Assembly (NCBI GenBank): GCA_965216875.1
Contig: OZ244207.1
Location: 672,001-736,000, forward strand
Origin: Rubripirellula sp.
Lineage (GTDB): Bacteria; Planctomycetota; Planctomycetia; Pirellulales; Pirellulaceae
DNA: 64,000 bases
Direction of reading: 5' to 3'
Shown here: positions 1 through 9,675 of the stretch, piece after piece
Layout of the letters: each line of letters starts with the position of its first letter
Position numbering within the stretch: the first letter of the stretch is position 1
Notes under the pieces: model-generated
Told to the model about the DNA's origin: nothing
The model's input: the letters and a program-made list of their open reading frames with translations, nothing else
Database searches by the model: none
Made by a program: the position numbers and the translations under genes

Positions 1-204
1 GAATCAGCCGAATTCTAGGCATGTTGTTCGCCGTAACCGCTGTGTGGGGACACCGTAAAACCGTTGCAACCGTTAAAGTCGGTATGATCGGTATCGGCGA
101 TCACCCCACCGGCGGCGAATCGAATCGCTGCAAAATGTGCGAATTCCGCGAACTTGGTCACCGAAGGCGTAGAGAATGCCCCCCGATGAGACGGCACATT
201 GCTA

Positions 205-687
205 TCAACGTGAGATCTCGATTCCTTCGTCGCTCACGTCGATCACTTTGCGACCATCTGGCAGCGGTTGCCCCTGGCGAATGATCGATCCGCTGACGAT
301 TGCGGACTGAGATTGCCCCGAGCCGTAGACGGCTTGCACACGAAGCGGGCCGCGTTGGGCGGCTTGTCGCGAGGGAAGCTTGTCGGCATGAAAGAGTGCC
401 GTGTCGGCGACTTGTTCAACGTTGACGCGCGACAGTTGACGCGTTGCCAAGAACTCTTGTGGAACATCGTTGCTTGCAGTGGCTTCGGCCGTTGGCTGAG
501 CGATGATCGCAAGTTCGGGCTGCGACTGGGCGCTGGCCACTTCTTCGGTCTCAGGCTCAGGTTGAAAGATCACGACTCCCAACAGCACCGCCAACAACAC
601 GGCGGCCACGATCTTCTTTTTGGCATCCTTGTCACCCGACGTTTGGCTTGAATCGTCAGCTTGGTTTACAACCGAATCAACTTGCAT
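205..687 (-). CDS. Hypothetical bitopic membrane protein of the pilus cluster (PilP/GspC-like position)
   Basis: 160-aa ORF with one N-terminal TM helix (IVAAVLLAVLLGVVIF) and a beta-rich C-terminus (SAIVSGSIIRQGQPLPDGRKVIDVSDEGIEI); overlaps the upstream PilO-like gene. Confidence 0.6.
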   Translation of the reverse strand: MQVDSVVNQADDSSQTSGDKDAKKKIVAAVLLAVLLGVVIFQPEPETEEVASAQSQPELAIIAQPTAEATASNDVPQEFLATRQLSRVNVEQVADTALFHADKLPSRQAAQRGPLRVQAVYGSGQSQSAIVSGSIIRQGQPLPDGRKVIDVSDEGIEISR

Positions 688-1411
688 CGCTCGACTCCTT
701 TGGCAAGAGGCGTCCCGCGACGCTGCCGTCGGCTGCGTAGGGCAGGCGTAGCGAAAGGGTAAGGCTGCAGGTCGTTTGCGGTTTGCGACTGCGTCGGTTG
801 GCCAGGAATTGTCCGTCTGGCTTTTGGCGTTCGTTGGACTTTCGTCTCTCGTTGAGCCCGACTTGCTCTTCGGGGCTCAGACGCTCGAGCGACATTTCGC
901 TGCACGCGACGGCTAAATCGGAATCGCCAAGGGCGACGACCAATCGGCAAAGGTCTCCGTAGCTGCCTTCCAATTGACAGGTGGTCGCAGCAACTCCGAC
1001 CCGCGTGCCCACGTGCTCGACCGGATCGCCGATCGCCACAACGTCGACATGGTGACTCAGTGCGATCTTTCGAATCGCATCGGTCGTGTCTTCCCAATCG
1101 AGCGATTTTGGCAACCAGCGATCGATCGCTTCGACACGTTGTTCGAGCTGCGACGCTTCATCGAAGGCCTGAGCATAGGTTTGGCGCCACTGGGGTGCGT
1201 TGGCAAGCATTGCCGCCGCCTCGTGGTAATTGATCGATTGTCCGTCGCTATTGATTTCCACCACAACGTTATTTCGGTTCACCCAAACCCAACCGGTGGC
1301 TGCGAGCAACAGACCGGTCAAGGTAGCGCCCACAACGTGGCAAGTGATCACCGATTGAAAGGGGTGCTGGCGCACGTCAAAGACCGACAGCCGGCCGCTC
1401 ATCTTGCTCAT
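677..1411 (-). CDS. PilO/GspM-like type IV pilus alignment protein
   Basis: TM helix, then coiled coil, then a ferredoxin-like segment (CQLEGSYGDLCRLVVAL); follows PilM- and PilN-like genes with a 4-bp overlap. Confidence 0.6.
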   Translation of the reverse strand: MSKMSGRLSVFDVRQHPFQSVITCHVVGATLTGLLLAATGWVWVNRNNVVVEINSDGQSINYHEAAAMLANAPQWRQTYAQAFDEASQLEQRVEAIDRWLPKSLDWEDTTDAIRKIALSHHVDVVAIGDPVEHVGTRVGVAATTCQLEGSYGDLCRLVVALGDSDLAVACSEMSLERLSPEEQVGLNERRKSNERQKPDGQFLANRRSRKPQTTCSLTLSLRLPYAADGSVAGRLLPKESSDAS

Positions 1412-2034
1412 GGCAACACCTGTGTAGCGACGGGGGTGGCGTTGATGATGACCTGTGCGTTTTCGCGATCGAGCGCGGGTGCATCCATTTCAGCGGAATC
1501 GATTCGGTCCGAAGCGTTCATGGCCTCGACCCACTCTTTGGCCGCGATGGTTGAACCGGTTCGAGCGGTCACCGAAAGCGAGGGCAGGGCCCATGCCGGA
1601 ATGGTTTCAGAATCGTGCGGGTATTCAAGAGGCAGCTTGACTTGCAGTTTGTCGATTTTGATTTGCTCTGATTCCGACGCCTGCACGACACTTGTTGACG
1701 CGTCGACGACCGCTGCCATCGTTTGGAACAGATCGTCACTGGGCTTTGTGGTTTCAACCCAAGCACACCAGTTTCGGCGTTTGGCGTTGTCTTGGTTCAT
1801 GACAGCGATTTCACGGCGCAGCTGAAACAATGGCAAACTTGCGGTGACCACTTGTTGCCGTTCCTGCTGTTCCTGGTGCGACCGCAGCGTTGCCGCGACT
1901 GCGATGCCACCAAACACCGTCGCGGAGGTGATCGTCGTGGCCAGCCATCCGTAAAGGACGTGCCGTAGCCGACGCTGATTGACAAATCGCGGCGGCAACA
2001 TTTCATACTGTTGGCTTTCTTGCTCAGTTCCCAT
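1408..2034 (-). CDS. PilN-like type IV pilus alignment protein
   Basis: Start placed at ATG 2034, overlapping the upstream TGA (TGATG). N-terminal YEMLPP resembles the PilN INLLP motif and is followed by a TM helix and coiled coil. Confidence 0.6.
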   Translation of the reverse strand: MGTEQESQQYEMLPPRFVNQRRLRHVLYGWLATTITSATVFGGIAVAATLRSHQEQQERQQVVTASLPLFQLRREIAVMNQDNAKRRNWCAWVETTKPSDDLFQTMAAVVDASTSVVQASESEQIKIDKLQVKLPLEYPHDSETIPAWALPSLSVTARTGSTIAAKEWVEAMNASDRIDSAEMDAPALDRENAQVIINATPVATQVLP

Positions 2035-3089
2035 CACGACCTCCCACTCGTTTCCAAAAAGGCGGCGCGGTGTGCCAAGGAAACGGCAATCGCGCGCGAT
2101 GGGTCGTGATAAGAAGGCATCTCCTGAGGGTCGAGCGCGCCGATCGGCCGCTTCCGACTCGCATAGCGCCAAACAGCAACAGGACGGCCAAGTTGAGTCG
2201 CGAGCACGGCATCAACGCCCTCGGTCTCGGCGACCGTTCCACATATCAAAACAGGTTTGGCCTGCACCGAAGTGTTTGAAGCTCGGCCTGAGTAGCGTAG
2301 CGTGGCGTTGATTTCGTCGGCGATGGTTTCGAGCCAAGGTTCGAATTGGTCGATGCCAGCCAATCCATCACTCGGCAAAGTGAATGCGGGCAAAGGTCGA
2401 CAGAGCCCGCAGTGGTCCTCCGGAACGTCCTCGCTCCCATCGCGCTGCGTCGCCGCGGCGACGACTCCACCATAGGTTTCCAGCACTGCAACGGCCGACG
2501 GCGAGATACCGGTGAGTGCCTTGGCTGAACAAATGAGAGCGGCGCCGTGGGGCAAGATGTGTTTGATTCTGTAACCGCTTCTGCAAAGTATTTCGGCGAT
2601 TTGACAGGCGGCATTCTCGCTGGTTGCCGCGATCACTTGTTGCGGCTTTTGAGGCCAGACTGGCCAGCTGCAAACGTGGGCATCACTTTGAAAGACCGAA
2701 GCCCGAAACATGGCGTCGCAATTGGCTTGGCTTGTCTGTCGGTCACCGTCGCCACTGATTTCGTAGTGGATCCACGACAGGGGAAGACTGAGCGCCGTCG
2801 CATTCACCTCGCCGTCGACGCAACGAGGCAACTTGTCGACCAACGTTTGGCAGATCGTATCGACCAGGTTGGGTGTGGGTGGACGAGTCGGATCGACGGG
2901 CAACGCAAATTCGCATCGCGAATCCCATTGGAAACGGCTCGGGTCCTGGGCGTCCTGTGCCGTCATGCAGGCGATGTGGACTCGATCGACGCCAATATCA
3001 ATCCCGATGAACCGCTCGGCGCAGCGGCGAGCCCAGGGGGCAAAGCGGCGCGAAGTGCTGGCGGTCGGTTGTGAAACAGCGTCGAACAT
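2034..3089 (-). CDS. PilM-like actin-fold pilus assembly protein
   Basis: FIGIDIG near the N-terminus, VLICGTVAETEGVDAVLATQLGRPV and terminal AIAVSLAHR match PilM-type motifs. Confidence 0.7.
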   Translation of the reverse strand: MFDAVSQPTASTSRRFAPWARRCAERFIGIDIGVDRVHIACMTAQDAQDPSRFQWDSRCEFALPVDPTRPPTPNLVDTICQTLVDKLPRCVDGEVNATALSLPLSWIHYEISGDGDRQTSQANCDAMFRASVFQSDAHVCSWPVWPQKPQQVIAATSENAACQIAEILCRSGYRIKHILPHGAALICSAKALTGISPSAVAVLETYGGVVAAATQRDGSEDVPEDHCGLCRPLPAFTLPSDGLAGIDQFEPWLETIADEINATLRYSGRASNTSVQAKPVLICGTVAETEGVDAVLATQLGRPVAVWRYASRKRPIGALDPQEMPSYHDPSRAIAVSLAHRAAFLETSGRS

Positions 3090-3260
3090 GCGGGAAGGCG
3101 AAATCGCTGGAAGGTTGTTGCGTGGCGGGATTTCGATAATGAACCGTATGCATCTACGTCACACCAAGGCGGTTGTCAAAACCGTCCGCATGAAAAACAG
3201 GCACAATCCCGACTGCCGTCACAACCGCCGTCGCGACGCGCGTCAGAGCGTGGTGCCAGT

Positions 3261-3593
3261 TAGTAGTACCGAGCTTTAGCCGGATCTTTTGTAGGCCGAA
3301 TCAAGGAGCGACTGCGACACAGATTCGGCAAGGAAAGGCCGTAGGGTGTGTGCTTGCACGCACCAAGCCTTCCCAGAAAAGAGAATGGCCACAAAAAGCA
3401 CAAGAAGTCACGAAGAAAGAATGTCGCAGCTTTACGCGACGTCTCGTGTTTTGGTGATAATCGTCCGTAATTGCCACCCAGTTTGTAGTACCGAGCTTTA
3501 GCTGGAATCTTCGGTCTCTTCCGCCTAAAGACGCCTAAAGGCGGTACTACGAACCCGTGAACGTGACGCTGCTTTCGCGGAGCGAAAGGCGAC
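3261..3593. repeat. Mosaic cluster of REP/REPIN-like palindromic elements
   Basis: GTAGTACCGAGCTTTAGC at 3263 and 3485 (closing ...GGCGGTACTACGAAC at 3554), GTAGGCCGAATCAAGGAGCGAC...TTCGGCA 3291-3330, GTAGGGTGTGTGCTTGCACGCACC 3341-3364, CTTTCGCGGAGCGAAAGGCGAC ending 3593. Most of these recur elsewhere in the window. Confidence 0.85.
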
Positions 3594-3601
3594 GTTCAGG
3601 C

Positions 3602-4807
3602 TTACCGCACTGAGGAAACATCCAATAGCGGCAGCAGCAGTGACATCACGACACCGGCAACCACCACTCCCATGACCAAAATGATGGCCGGCTCGAGTGC
3701 GACGACGAGCCGTTTGATACTCCGCCCAGCTTCTTCTTCGTAGTATTGGCCGATGTTCTCAAGGACTTCTGCGACGCGTCCTGTGCGTTCCGCCGTCGCC
3801 ATCATTTGGGCTGATTCACTCGGCAGGAAATCGACGTTGAACATCGCCTCGCTCGCTCTTGAGCCGTCGATCAGTTTGTCTTCGATTCGATCAAGCAACG
3901 ATCGCCAATAGAGATCGCGAGTCGTGTTCCTTGCCAAGCGAACCGATTGCAACAAAGGGACGCCGCCTTGGACCATGGTGGCCAACAAGCGAAACATGCG
4001 GCCGGCCTGGAGCGGTCGATAGGCGTTGCGTATTGGCCAGGCGTACATCAACGCTCGGTTGATCGGACGCTGGACCAATGGATTGCGTCGCAGCGACAGA
4101 AGGCCTGCGATCGCAGCGATGGTCAGCGGCAGAATCTTCATCCAGTGCGCTCGGGAAAATTCGCCGAGGTCCAACAGCATCTGTGTCGACCAAGGAACGG
4201 GCTGTCCCAGAGAAACGAAGACTTTGCTGAATTGTGGTAACACACCAAGCACCAAGGCGGCCATGACGATGGTCGAGGCCGCGATCAAGATCGCTGGATA
4301 AATCATTGCGCCCAGGACAGTGCCGCGCATCGTCAGTTCTGCGCGCATCCGCGAGCAGACATTACCGAGCGTCTCGGGAACGTTGCCCGTCGCTTCGGCG
4401 GCGGCGAGCATAGGCGCGAGTGTGCTGGGGAAGTGGTCACCGTAATTGGCAACGGCTGCCGAAAAGGGTTGGCCGCCATTGACGCACTGATGAATTTGTT
4501 CGAGCGATTGGGCGAGCCGTTTGTTTCGGCAACCGAGGGCGACCGATTCAATCGCCTCGGCGATGTCGATTCCATTCTGGCTCATCACGGCGAGCTGATT
4601 GAGTGTCAACAGCACGGTGCCTCTTGAGACGCCGAACGAAGAGCGTTTCTTCACGGGGCTGAGCGGAAACGCGGCCCCTTTGGCCTGGTCACCACGTCCA
4701 ACCGGTGACGTGTTTGGCGAAACAGGTGCTGCGTCATTGCCCGCAGGCATATGCACGACGGCATCCTGGTTTTGTTGTGGATCAAAAGGAGCGTAAGTGG
4801 GAAGCAT
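3602..4807 (-). CDS. gspF: Type II secretion / type IV pilus platform protein (GspF/PilC family)
   Basis: Two T2SSF repeats (QLAVMSQNGIDIAEAI...AEATGNV; LLATMVQGGVPLLQSV...AERTGRV), AMIYP and LEPAII motifs, three TM segments. Confidence 0.93.
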   Translation of the reverse strand: MLPTYAPFDPQQNQDAVVHMPAGNDAAPVSPNTSPVGRGDQAKGAAFPLSPVKKRSSFGVSRGTVLLTLNQLAVMSQNGIDIAEAIESVALGCRNKRLAQSLEQIHQCVNGGQPFSAAVANYGDHFPSTLAPMLAAAEATGNVPETLGNVCSRMRAELTMRGTVLGAMIYPAILIAASTIVMAALVLGVLPQFSKVFVSLGQPVPWSTQMLLDLGEFSRAHWMKILPLTIAAIAGLLSLRRNPLVQRPINRALMYAWPIRNAYRPLQAGRMFRLLATMVQGGVPLLQSVRLARNTTRDLYWRSLLDRIEDKLIDGSRASEAMFNVDFLPSESAQMMATAERTGRVAEVLENIGQYYEEEAGRSIKRLVVALEPAIILVMGVVVAGVVMSLLLPLLDVSSVR

Positions 4808-4829
4808 GGTGATGAATCATGCGCCGCAA

Positions 4830-6659
4830 CTAGTCGACCGTTGCAACGCGAGCGACCTCCTCCAGGCTAGTGACTCCGGCTGCCGCCAAACGCATTCCTT
4901 CGCTAAAGAGTGTTGTCCCGTCGTGTGCCGCGCGCAGCTCGTCGAGCGTGGCTTCGCGGTTGATCAAGTTGCGCAGGATCGAGTCGCTTTCGACGATTTC
5001 GTAGATGCCCGTTCGGCCGCGATACCCTGATTCAAAGCATTGCGAACATCCACGGCTGCGTGAGAATCGATGGCGCATATCGCCTTTGAATTGAAACTCT
5101 TCAAGCAACGCCGTTGACGGATAGTACGACTCGCGGCAGTTTTCGCAGAGGTTGCGTACCAAGCGTTGTGCGATCACGCCAACGAGTGCCGCTGCGATCT
5201 TGAAACGCTCGACACCCATATCGACCAAACGCGTGATTGCCGAAAGGCTGTCATTGGTGTGGAGCGTGCTGAGGACCAAGTGACCGGTCAAGGCAGCTTG
5301 GATGGCGGTCTCGGCCGTTTCGCGGTCTCGGATTTCGCCGACCATGATCACGTCCGGGTCCTGACGCAAGATGCTGCGCAGCGCATGGGCAAAGGTCACA
5401 CCGCTGTCAGATTGAATCTGAACCTGGTTGATCAATTCCAGTTGGTATTCAACGGGATCTTCAACCGTGATGACGTTTTTCTCGACCCCCTTGATCAATT
5501 CGATTGCCGAATAGAGTGTGGTCGTTTTACCGCTACCGGTCGGACCGGTCACCAGCACCAAACCGTGCGGGCGACCGAGGATGCGTCGAACGGTCGAAAG
5601 CGAATCATTGGGAAAGCCAAGCTTGTTCAAATCGAACGTCAAGCTTTGCCGGTCCAAGACACGAAGCACAACCTTTTCGCCCAGAACCGTTGGCAGTGTG
5701 CTGACACGAAGGTCGATATCGCGACGTGAGATTCGAACGTGCAAGCGACCGTCTTGCGGTTGACGATGCTCGGCAATGTCAAGTTTTGCCATCACCTTCA
5801 CACGTGAAACGATCGCCGCATGCAGGTCTTTTCGCGGCCGCATCACTTCGCGCAGCGAACCGTCGATACGGAATCGGATCGAAGTGCTCTTGGGACCTGG
5901 TTCGATGTGAATGTCGCTGGCACCCTGGCGAACCGCTTGAACGATCGCGTAGTTGACCAAGTTGATGACGGGGCTGCCTTCGGCAAGCTGCTGAGCACCG
6001 GCAAGGTCAAGGTCGATGGTGTCGGATTCAAAGTCGAGTTGTTCCACGTCAAGATCGGCGGTCACCGAGTCGACGCTAAAATCGTCTTCATAACAACGCG
6101 GCAGCAAACGTTCGATACCGGCGGCGAGCGTGAAGACCGGACGAATGCGACAGCCACTGACGCGTGCGAGTGTATCGATCGCCGAAAGATCGTGCGGGTC
6201 GGCCATGGCGACGGTCAATTCGTCGCGCACGTGCATCAGCGGAATCGCTTGAAATTGTTCCGCGTGATGTCGTGGCACGAGCCGAACGGCCAGCGGGTCG
6301 ATCAACCCTTCTCGCAATCGAACCCCTTCCACGCCAAGTTGCTCGCCGAGCAGCGGAAGCAGGTTGCCTTCATCGACCAAGCCGAGTTCGGCGACAATTT
6401 CACCGAGCCGCTTGTTACGCCGGGGCATCGGTTGTTCTTCGCCAGCCGTGTCGCCGGAAGATGGCTTTTGCGATTCCGATGCTTGGTGCGAAAGCGCGGA
6501 ATCAAGTTGGTCTTCGTGAATCAAGCCGGCTTCGATCAGCCGCTGTCCCAGAGGAACTTGCGAGCCAACTCGCTTGCGCGGCCGCGCCGGGTTGACCACA
6601 TGCGGAACGATCTCGGCGCCCTCAGTACTGGCCGGATCCAGATTAAGAATGTCATCCAT
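4830..6659 (-). CDS. gspE: GspE/PilB-family assembly ATPase with N-terminal MshEN-like domain
   Basis: ASDIHIEP, Walker A GPTGSGKTT, TVEDPVEY, LRQDPDVIMVGEIRD, TGHLVLSTLHTN, tetracysteine CENC...CSQC. Confidence 0.95.
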   Translation of the reverse strand: MDDILNLDPASTEGAEIVPHVVNPARPRKRVGSQVPLGQRLIEAGLIHEDQLDSALSHQASESQKPSSGDTAGEEQPMPRRNKRLGEIVAELGLVDEGNLLPLLGEQLGVEGVRLREGLIDPLAVRLVPRHHAEQFQAIPLMHVRDELTVAMADPHDLSAIDTLARVSGCRIRPVFTLAAGIERLLPRCYEDDFSVDSVTADLDVEQLDFESDTIDLDLAGAQQLAEGSPVINLVNYAIVQAVRQGASDIHIEPGPKSTSIRFRIDGSLREVMRPRKDLHAAIVSRVKVMAKLDIAEHRQPQDGRLHVRISRRDIDLRVSTLPTVLGEKVVLRVLDRQSLTFDLNKLGFPNDSLSTVRRILGRPHGLVLVTGPTGSGKTTTLYSAIELIKGVEKNVITVEDPVEYQLELINQVQIQSDSGVTFAHALRSILRQDPDVIMVGEIRDRETAETAIQAALTGHLVLSTLHTNDSLSAITRLVDMGVERFKIAAALVGVIAQRLVRNLCENCRESYYPSTALLEEFQFKGDMRHRFSRSRGCSQCFESGYRGRTGIYEIVESDSILRNLINREATLDELRAAHDGTTLFSEGMRLAAAGVTSLEEVARVATVD

Positions 6660-6682
6660 CGGTTCGATTGCCTCCTTGGGGC

Positions 6683-7015
6683 CTAGGCGAAGCTGCCCAG
6701 CGCGCTGGTCAAGTCATCGAACTGTTGAACGGATGCGCCGACCGCCGTGATCCTCAAGATGTCTTGGCACAATTCGCCAACACTGCAAAGACGCAGACAA
6801 CCGCCGCGACGGCAACACGTTTCGTCCCAATCGAGAATCCATTCCAAACCAGCACTATCGATCAGCGGGGTTTCGGAAAGGTCCATCACCAGATAGGGGA
6901 CACCGGCCGCCAAATGTGGCTTGAGTTCTTGGTCAATCGCTTCGGTCGCATCGACACGCAGCGGACCGTCTGGCCGCAGCACGGTGACGGCACCATGTTG
7001 GTTGATCGATTGCAT
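6683..7015 (-). CDS. STAS domain protein (anti-sigma factor antagonist family)
   Basis: 110 aa with LVMDLSETPLIDSAGL, including the phosphorylatable Ser of the DSxG motif. Confidence 0.9.
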   Translation of the reverse strand: MQSINQHGAVTVLRPDGPLRVDATEAIDQELKPHLAAGVPYLVMDLSETPLIDSAGLEWILDWDETCCRRGGCLRLCSVGELCQDILRITAVGASVQQFDDLTSALGSFA

Positions 7016-7029
7016 GAGTGTCTCCGCCG

Positions 7030-8580
7030 TCAGATGCCTGAACGCGACTGACCGCCAACCGGCAATCGCAACGTGAAGCTCGATCCTTGGCCAACGGTGC
7101 TGTCGACATCAATGTCACCACCATGCAGTCGTGCGATCTCGCGTGAGAAAGCCAAACCGAGGCCATTGCCACGTTGCTCGGAATCGCGAGTGGCGTCGCC
7201 TCGATAGAACTTTTCGAAGACCTTTTCATGTTCTTCTTCGGGGATCCCCGGTCCATTGTCCTGGACTTCGATCCGAATCCAACGGTCCTCAGCGGTGCAA
7301 CTGACGAGCACCTCTCCACCTTCGGGCGTGTATTTGACGGCGTTGCCGATCAGGTTCACTAAGGCGGCTTGAAGTTTGTCGCGGTCACCAAAGACGGTCG
7401 GCAGCTTGGCGCTAAGTTTCGAAGTCAGCTTCATGCGTTTCTGTTCGGCTTGGCTGCGCATCTGGTCGGTCGCATATTCGACCATCGGCAACATCTCAAG
7501 TTCATGACGGTTGGCCGTCATCGAACCTGCTTCCATCTGGCTGACCGTCAACAGCTGATCGACCAAGCGTCCCAGTCGGTTTGCTTCGCTGGTGATGATG
7601 TTGCAGAACTCTTTCTGCTGCTCGAAATCGATGCCATCCTGTTCCTGAAGCGCTTCGGCGTAGGCTTGCAGGTTGGTCAGCGGCGTGCGCAGTTCGTGGG
7701 TCGCCGTCATCACAAATTGATCACGCGCTTCGGTCGTTAGACGCTGCTGTGTTTCGTCAGTCAGGACCCAGGCCATTCCTTCGCCATCGCCGCTGCGTCC
7801 AGCGAGACGAGAACGGGTGATTCGCAAGAACAGCTGACGAGAACCAACCTGCAGGGCGCGGCGCTGAGTCACCATGCGGATGCTGCCAAGCAACTGGTCC
7901 AATGCTTCGCCAGCCGATTCATCGTGCGGGTCGCGTAGTCCCAACAAATCGGTCAGGTCCGCGCCGATGTGCCCCCCCGATTCATCAATGCCGAGGATGC
8001 CACAGGCTGCGGGGCCAACAAAACGAATCAATCCGTCGGTGTCGGTGATCACCCAGGCGACCGGCATGCCTCGCATCGCGCGGGCGAGTGTGATCACCTC
8101 TTGATCAAGCGTCGCGGGAGCGCGGTGGGCTTGCGTATGTCCTTGTTGTGTACAGGTCGCATCCTCGATCAGTTCGTTCCAACCGTCGGTGATGGGGTCC
8201 GAACCGAGAATCGGCCGAGCCGTTTGCCAATGACGCATTCCCGGGCGGCGTCGACGCAATTCCATTTCGATCGTGCGCAACGTGCGAACACTGCGCATCG
8301 AAACCATGCCCGCGAACGAGCTGACCGCAACCGCCGCGATCCACATGAGCGAATTCAAATGCGGTTGATCGGGTAGTGCGTGCGCGGCGAAGGCGCATAG
8401 CAATATGCAGGCACCGACGACAAGGAAAACGAATCCGATTCGCGTGGTGACCAGCGGGATTCGTCTGGACGTGGTGTCGCCACGTGACTCGGCTTCTGTA
8501 TTTGAATCGGCCGGCGTCGCGGAGGAGATTGAATCCTCCATCAAGTTCGCTTGCAGAGGATGGCTGTTCTCGAGATCCAT
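7030..8580 (-). CDS. Membrane PAS-domain sensor histidine kinase
   Basis: Two TM helices, PAS-like WVITDTDGLIRFV, H-box ATHELRTPL, N-box NLIGNAVKY, DNGPGI and GNGLGL boxes. Confidence 0.93.
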   Translation of the reverse strand: MDLENSHPLQANLMEDSISSATPADSNTEAESRGDTTSRRIPLVTTRIGFVFLVVGACILLCAFAAHALPDQPHLNSLMWIAAVAVSSFAGMVSMRSVRTLRTIEMELRRRRPGMRHWQTARPILGSDPITDGWNELIEDATCTQQGHTQAHRAPATLDQEVITLARAMRGMPVAWVITDTDGLIRFVGPAACGILGIDESGGHIGADLTDLLGLRDPHDESAGEALDQLLGSIRMVTQRRALQVGSRQLFLRITRSRLAGRSGDGEGMAWVLTDETQQRLTTEARDQFVMTATHELRTPLTNLQAYAEALQEQDGIDFEQQKEFCNIITSEANRLGRLVDQLLTVSQMEAGSMTANRHELEMLPMVEYATDQMRSQAEQKRMKLTSKLSAKLPTVFGDRDKLQAALVNLIGNAVKYTPEGGEVLVSCTAEDRWIRIEVQDNGPGIPEEEHEKVFEKFYRGDATRDSEQRGNGLGLAFSREIARLHGGDIDVDSTVGQGSSFTLRLPVGGQSRSGI

Positions 8581-8592
8581 CGTCGTCCCCGG

Positions 8593-9015
8593 TTATGACT
8601 GGCCGGTTTGGACAGCAGGCGTTGCTTCGTCTTCGGAAGCGACGTGCACATATTGCTGGATCACTTCGCTCAGCTTGCGTGGGCTGAACGGCTTGTGCAT
8701 CACAGCGGCGAGCTGAAAGCGTGCTTGCAAGCCTTGGCTATCAAGTTCAAGGCCCTTGGCGGTGCACAGGATGGTTGGTGGTGGATCGATGCTGGCATCA
8801 CCCTCGAGCATCTCGAGCAATTCGAGGCCCGTGCAAACAGGCATTTGGTGGTCGGTGACCAAGAATGCGATGCCACCCTGACAAAGCCGTTTGTAGCCTT
8901 GCATGCCATCGCTTGCCGTTTCGACGACGTACCCACTTCGTTCGATTGTGAATTTCATCACGCGACGAAAAACGGGATCGTCTTCGACAATCAATACGGT
9001 GGGTGTTTTTGGCAT
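8593..9015 (-). CDS. Single-domain response regulator (receiver)
   Basis: VLIVEDD, LVTDHQMP (phospho-Asp), CTAKG, KPFSP; start placed at ATG 9015 (MPKTP). Confidence 0.9.
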   Translation of the reverse strand: MPKTPTVLIVEDDPVFRRVMKFTIERSGYVVETASDGMQGYKRLCQGGIAFLVTDHQMPVCTGLELLEMLEGDASIDPPPTILCTAKGLELDSQGLQARFQLAAVMHKPFSPRKLSEVIQQYVHVASEDEATPAVQTGQS

Positions 9016-9249
9016 GGATCCGCCTAGCCTTTTGCCGTCCCGAGCGTTGAATGCTCGGTTAGGTATGGAGGTGGGATTTGATTGGTAGGGAACCATCCGT
9101 GGCGTGTGTCACAAACCGGACAAAAGCCAAAGCTCCTTACGAAGCCTGGCTTTGAAGGTCTGGATGTCCGTTGGACGAAGGACGGCCGGGCTAGAGTCGT
9201 GCCTTCGTCGAGGTCTCGCAATGTTGCCCCAACGTGTGACGTTGGTGGT

Positions 9250-9675
9250 TTACCAATCGGCACCCGTTTCGCCACCGCCGACATTCAAGCCAAGGCTTCC
9301 GTTTGCGGGCTTGTAGGCCCAACCGCCGGCTTGGCCTTCGTTTGCAGCAACGGCTGTTGCGGTATTCGCGTCCAAGTCGTAGTAGACTGCCGCGTCATTT
9401 CGCACGGTGCCAATCGACGGAGCTGGGAAAGGCCCGTTCAGCATGGTGGCCATTGCGTTGGGCAATTCACCTGCTGCTGGATAGGCTCCTTCACGAGCGC
9501 GATACATCTCAATTGCGTTGCGCAGAACAGCCAGTTGTTGGCGCGTCGTGTTTTCTTCGGCTGTCGTGGCAGTGTCAAACATTCTCGGCGCTGCAACGGC
9601 AGCGATGATCCCGAGAATGAGGATCACGATTACCATCTCGATCAACGAGAAGCCTTTTCGTGGTTGGCGAAACAT
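9250..9675 (-). CDS. Type IV pilin / GspG-like pseudopilin
   Basis: Class III signal peptide RKG|FSLIEMVIVILILGIIAAVAAP followed by LRNAIEMY...GAYP. Confidence 0.92.
   Translation of the reverse strand: MFRQPRKGFSLIEMVIVILILGIIAAVAAPRMFDTATTAEENTTRQQLAVLRNAIEMYRAREGAYPAAGELPNAMATMLNGPFPAPSIGTVRNDAAVYYDLDANTATAVAANEGQAGGWAYKPANGSLGLNVGGGETGADW

Noticed and set aside
1..22. Start of a further minus-strand gene (ATG at 22)
   Set aside because: Plausible continuation of the pilus cluster, but only seven codons are visible, which is too little to call.
3385..3460. Purine-rich GGCCACAAAAAGCACAAGAAGTCACGAAG segment as a separate element
   Set aside because: It looks like a decayed inverted-repeat element, but there is only one copy in the window, so it is folded into the repeat cluster.
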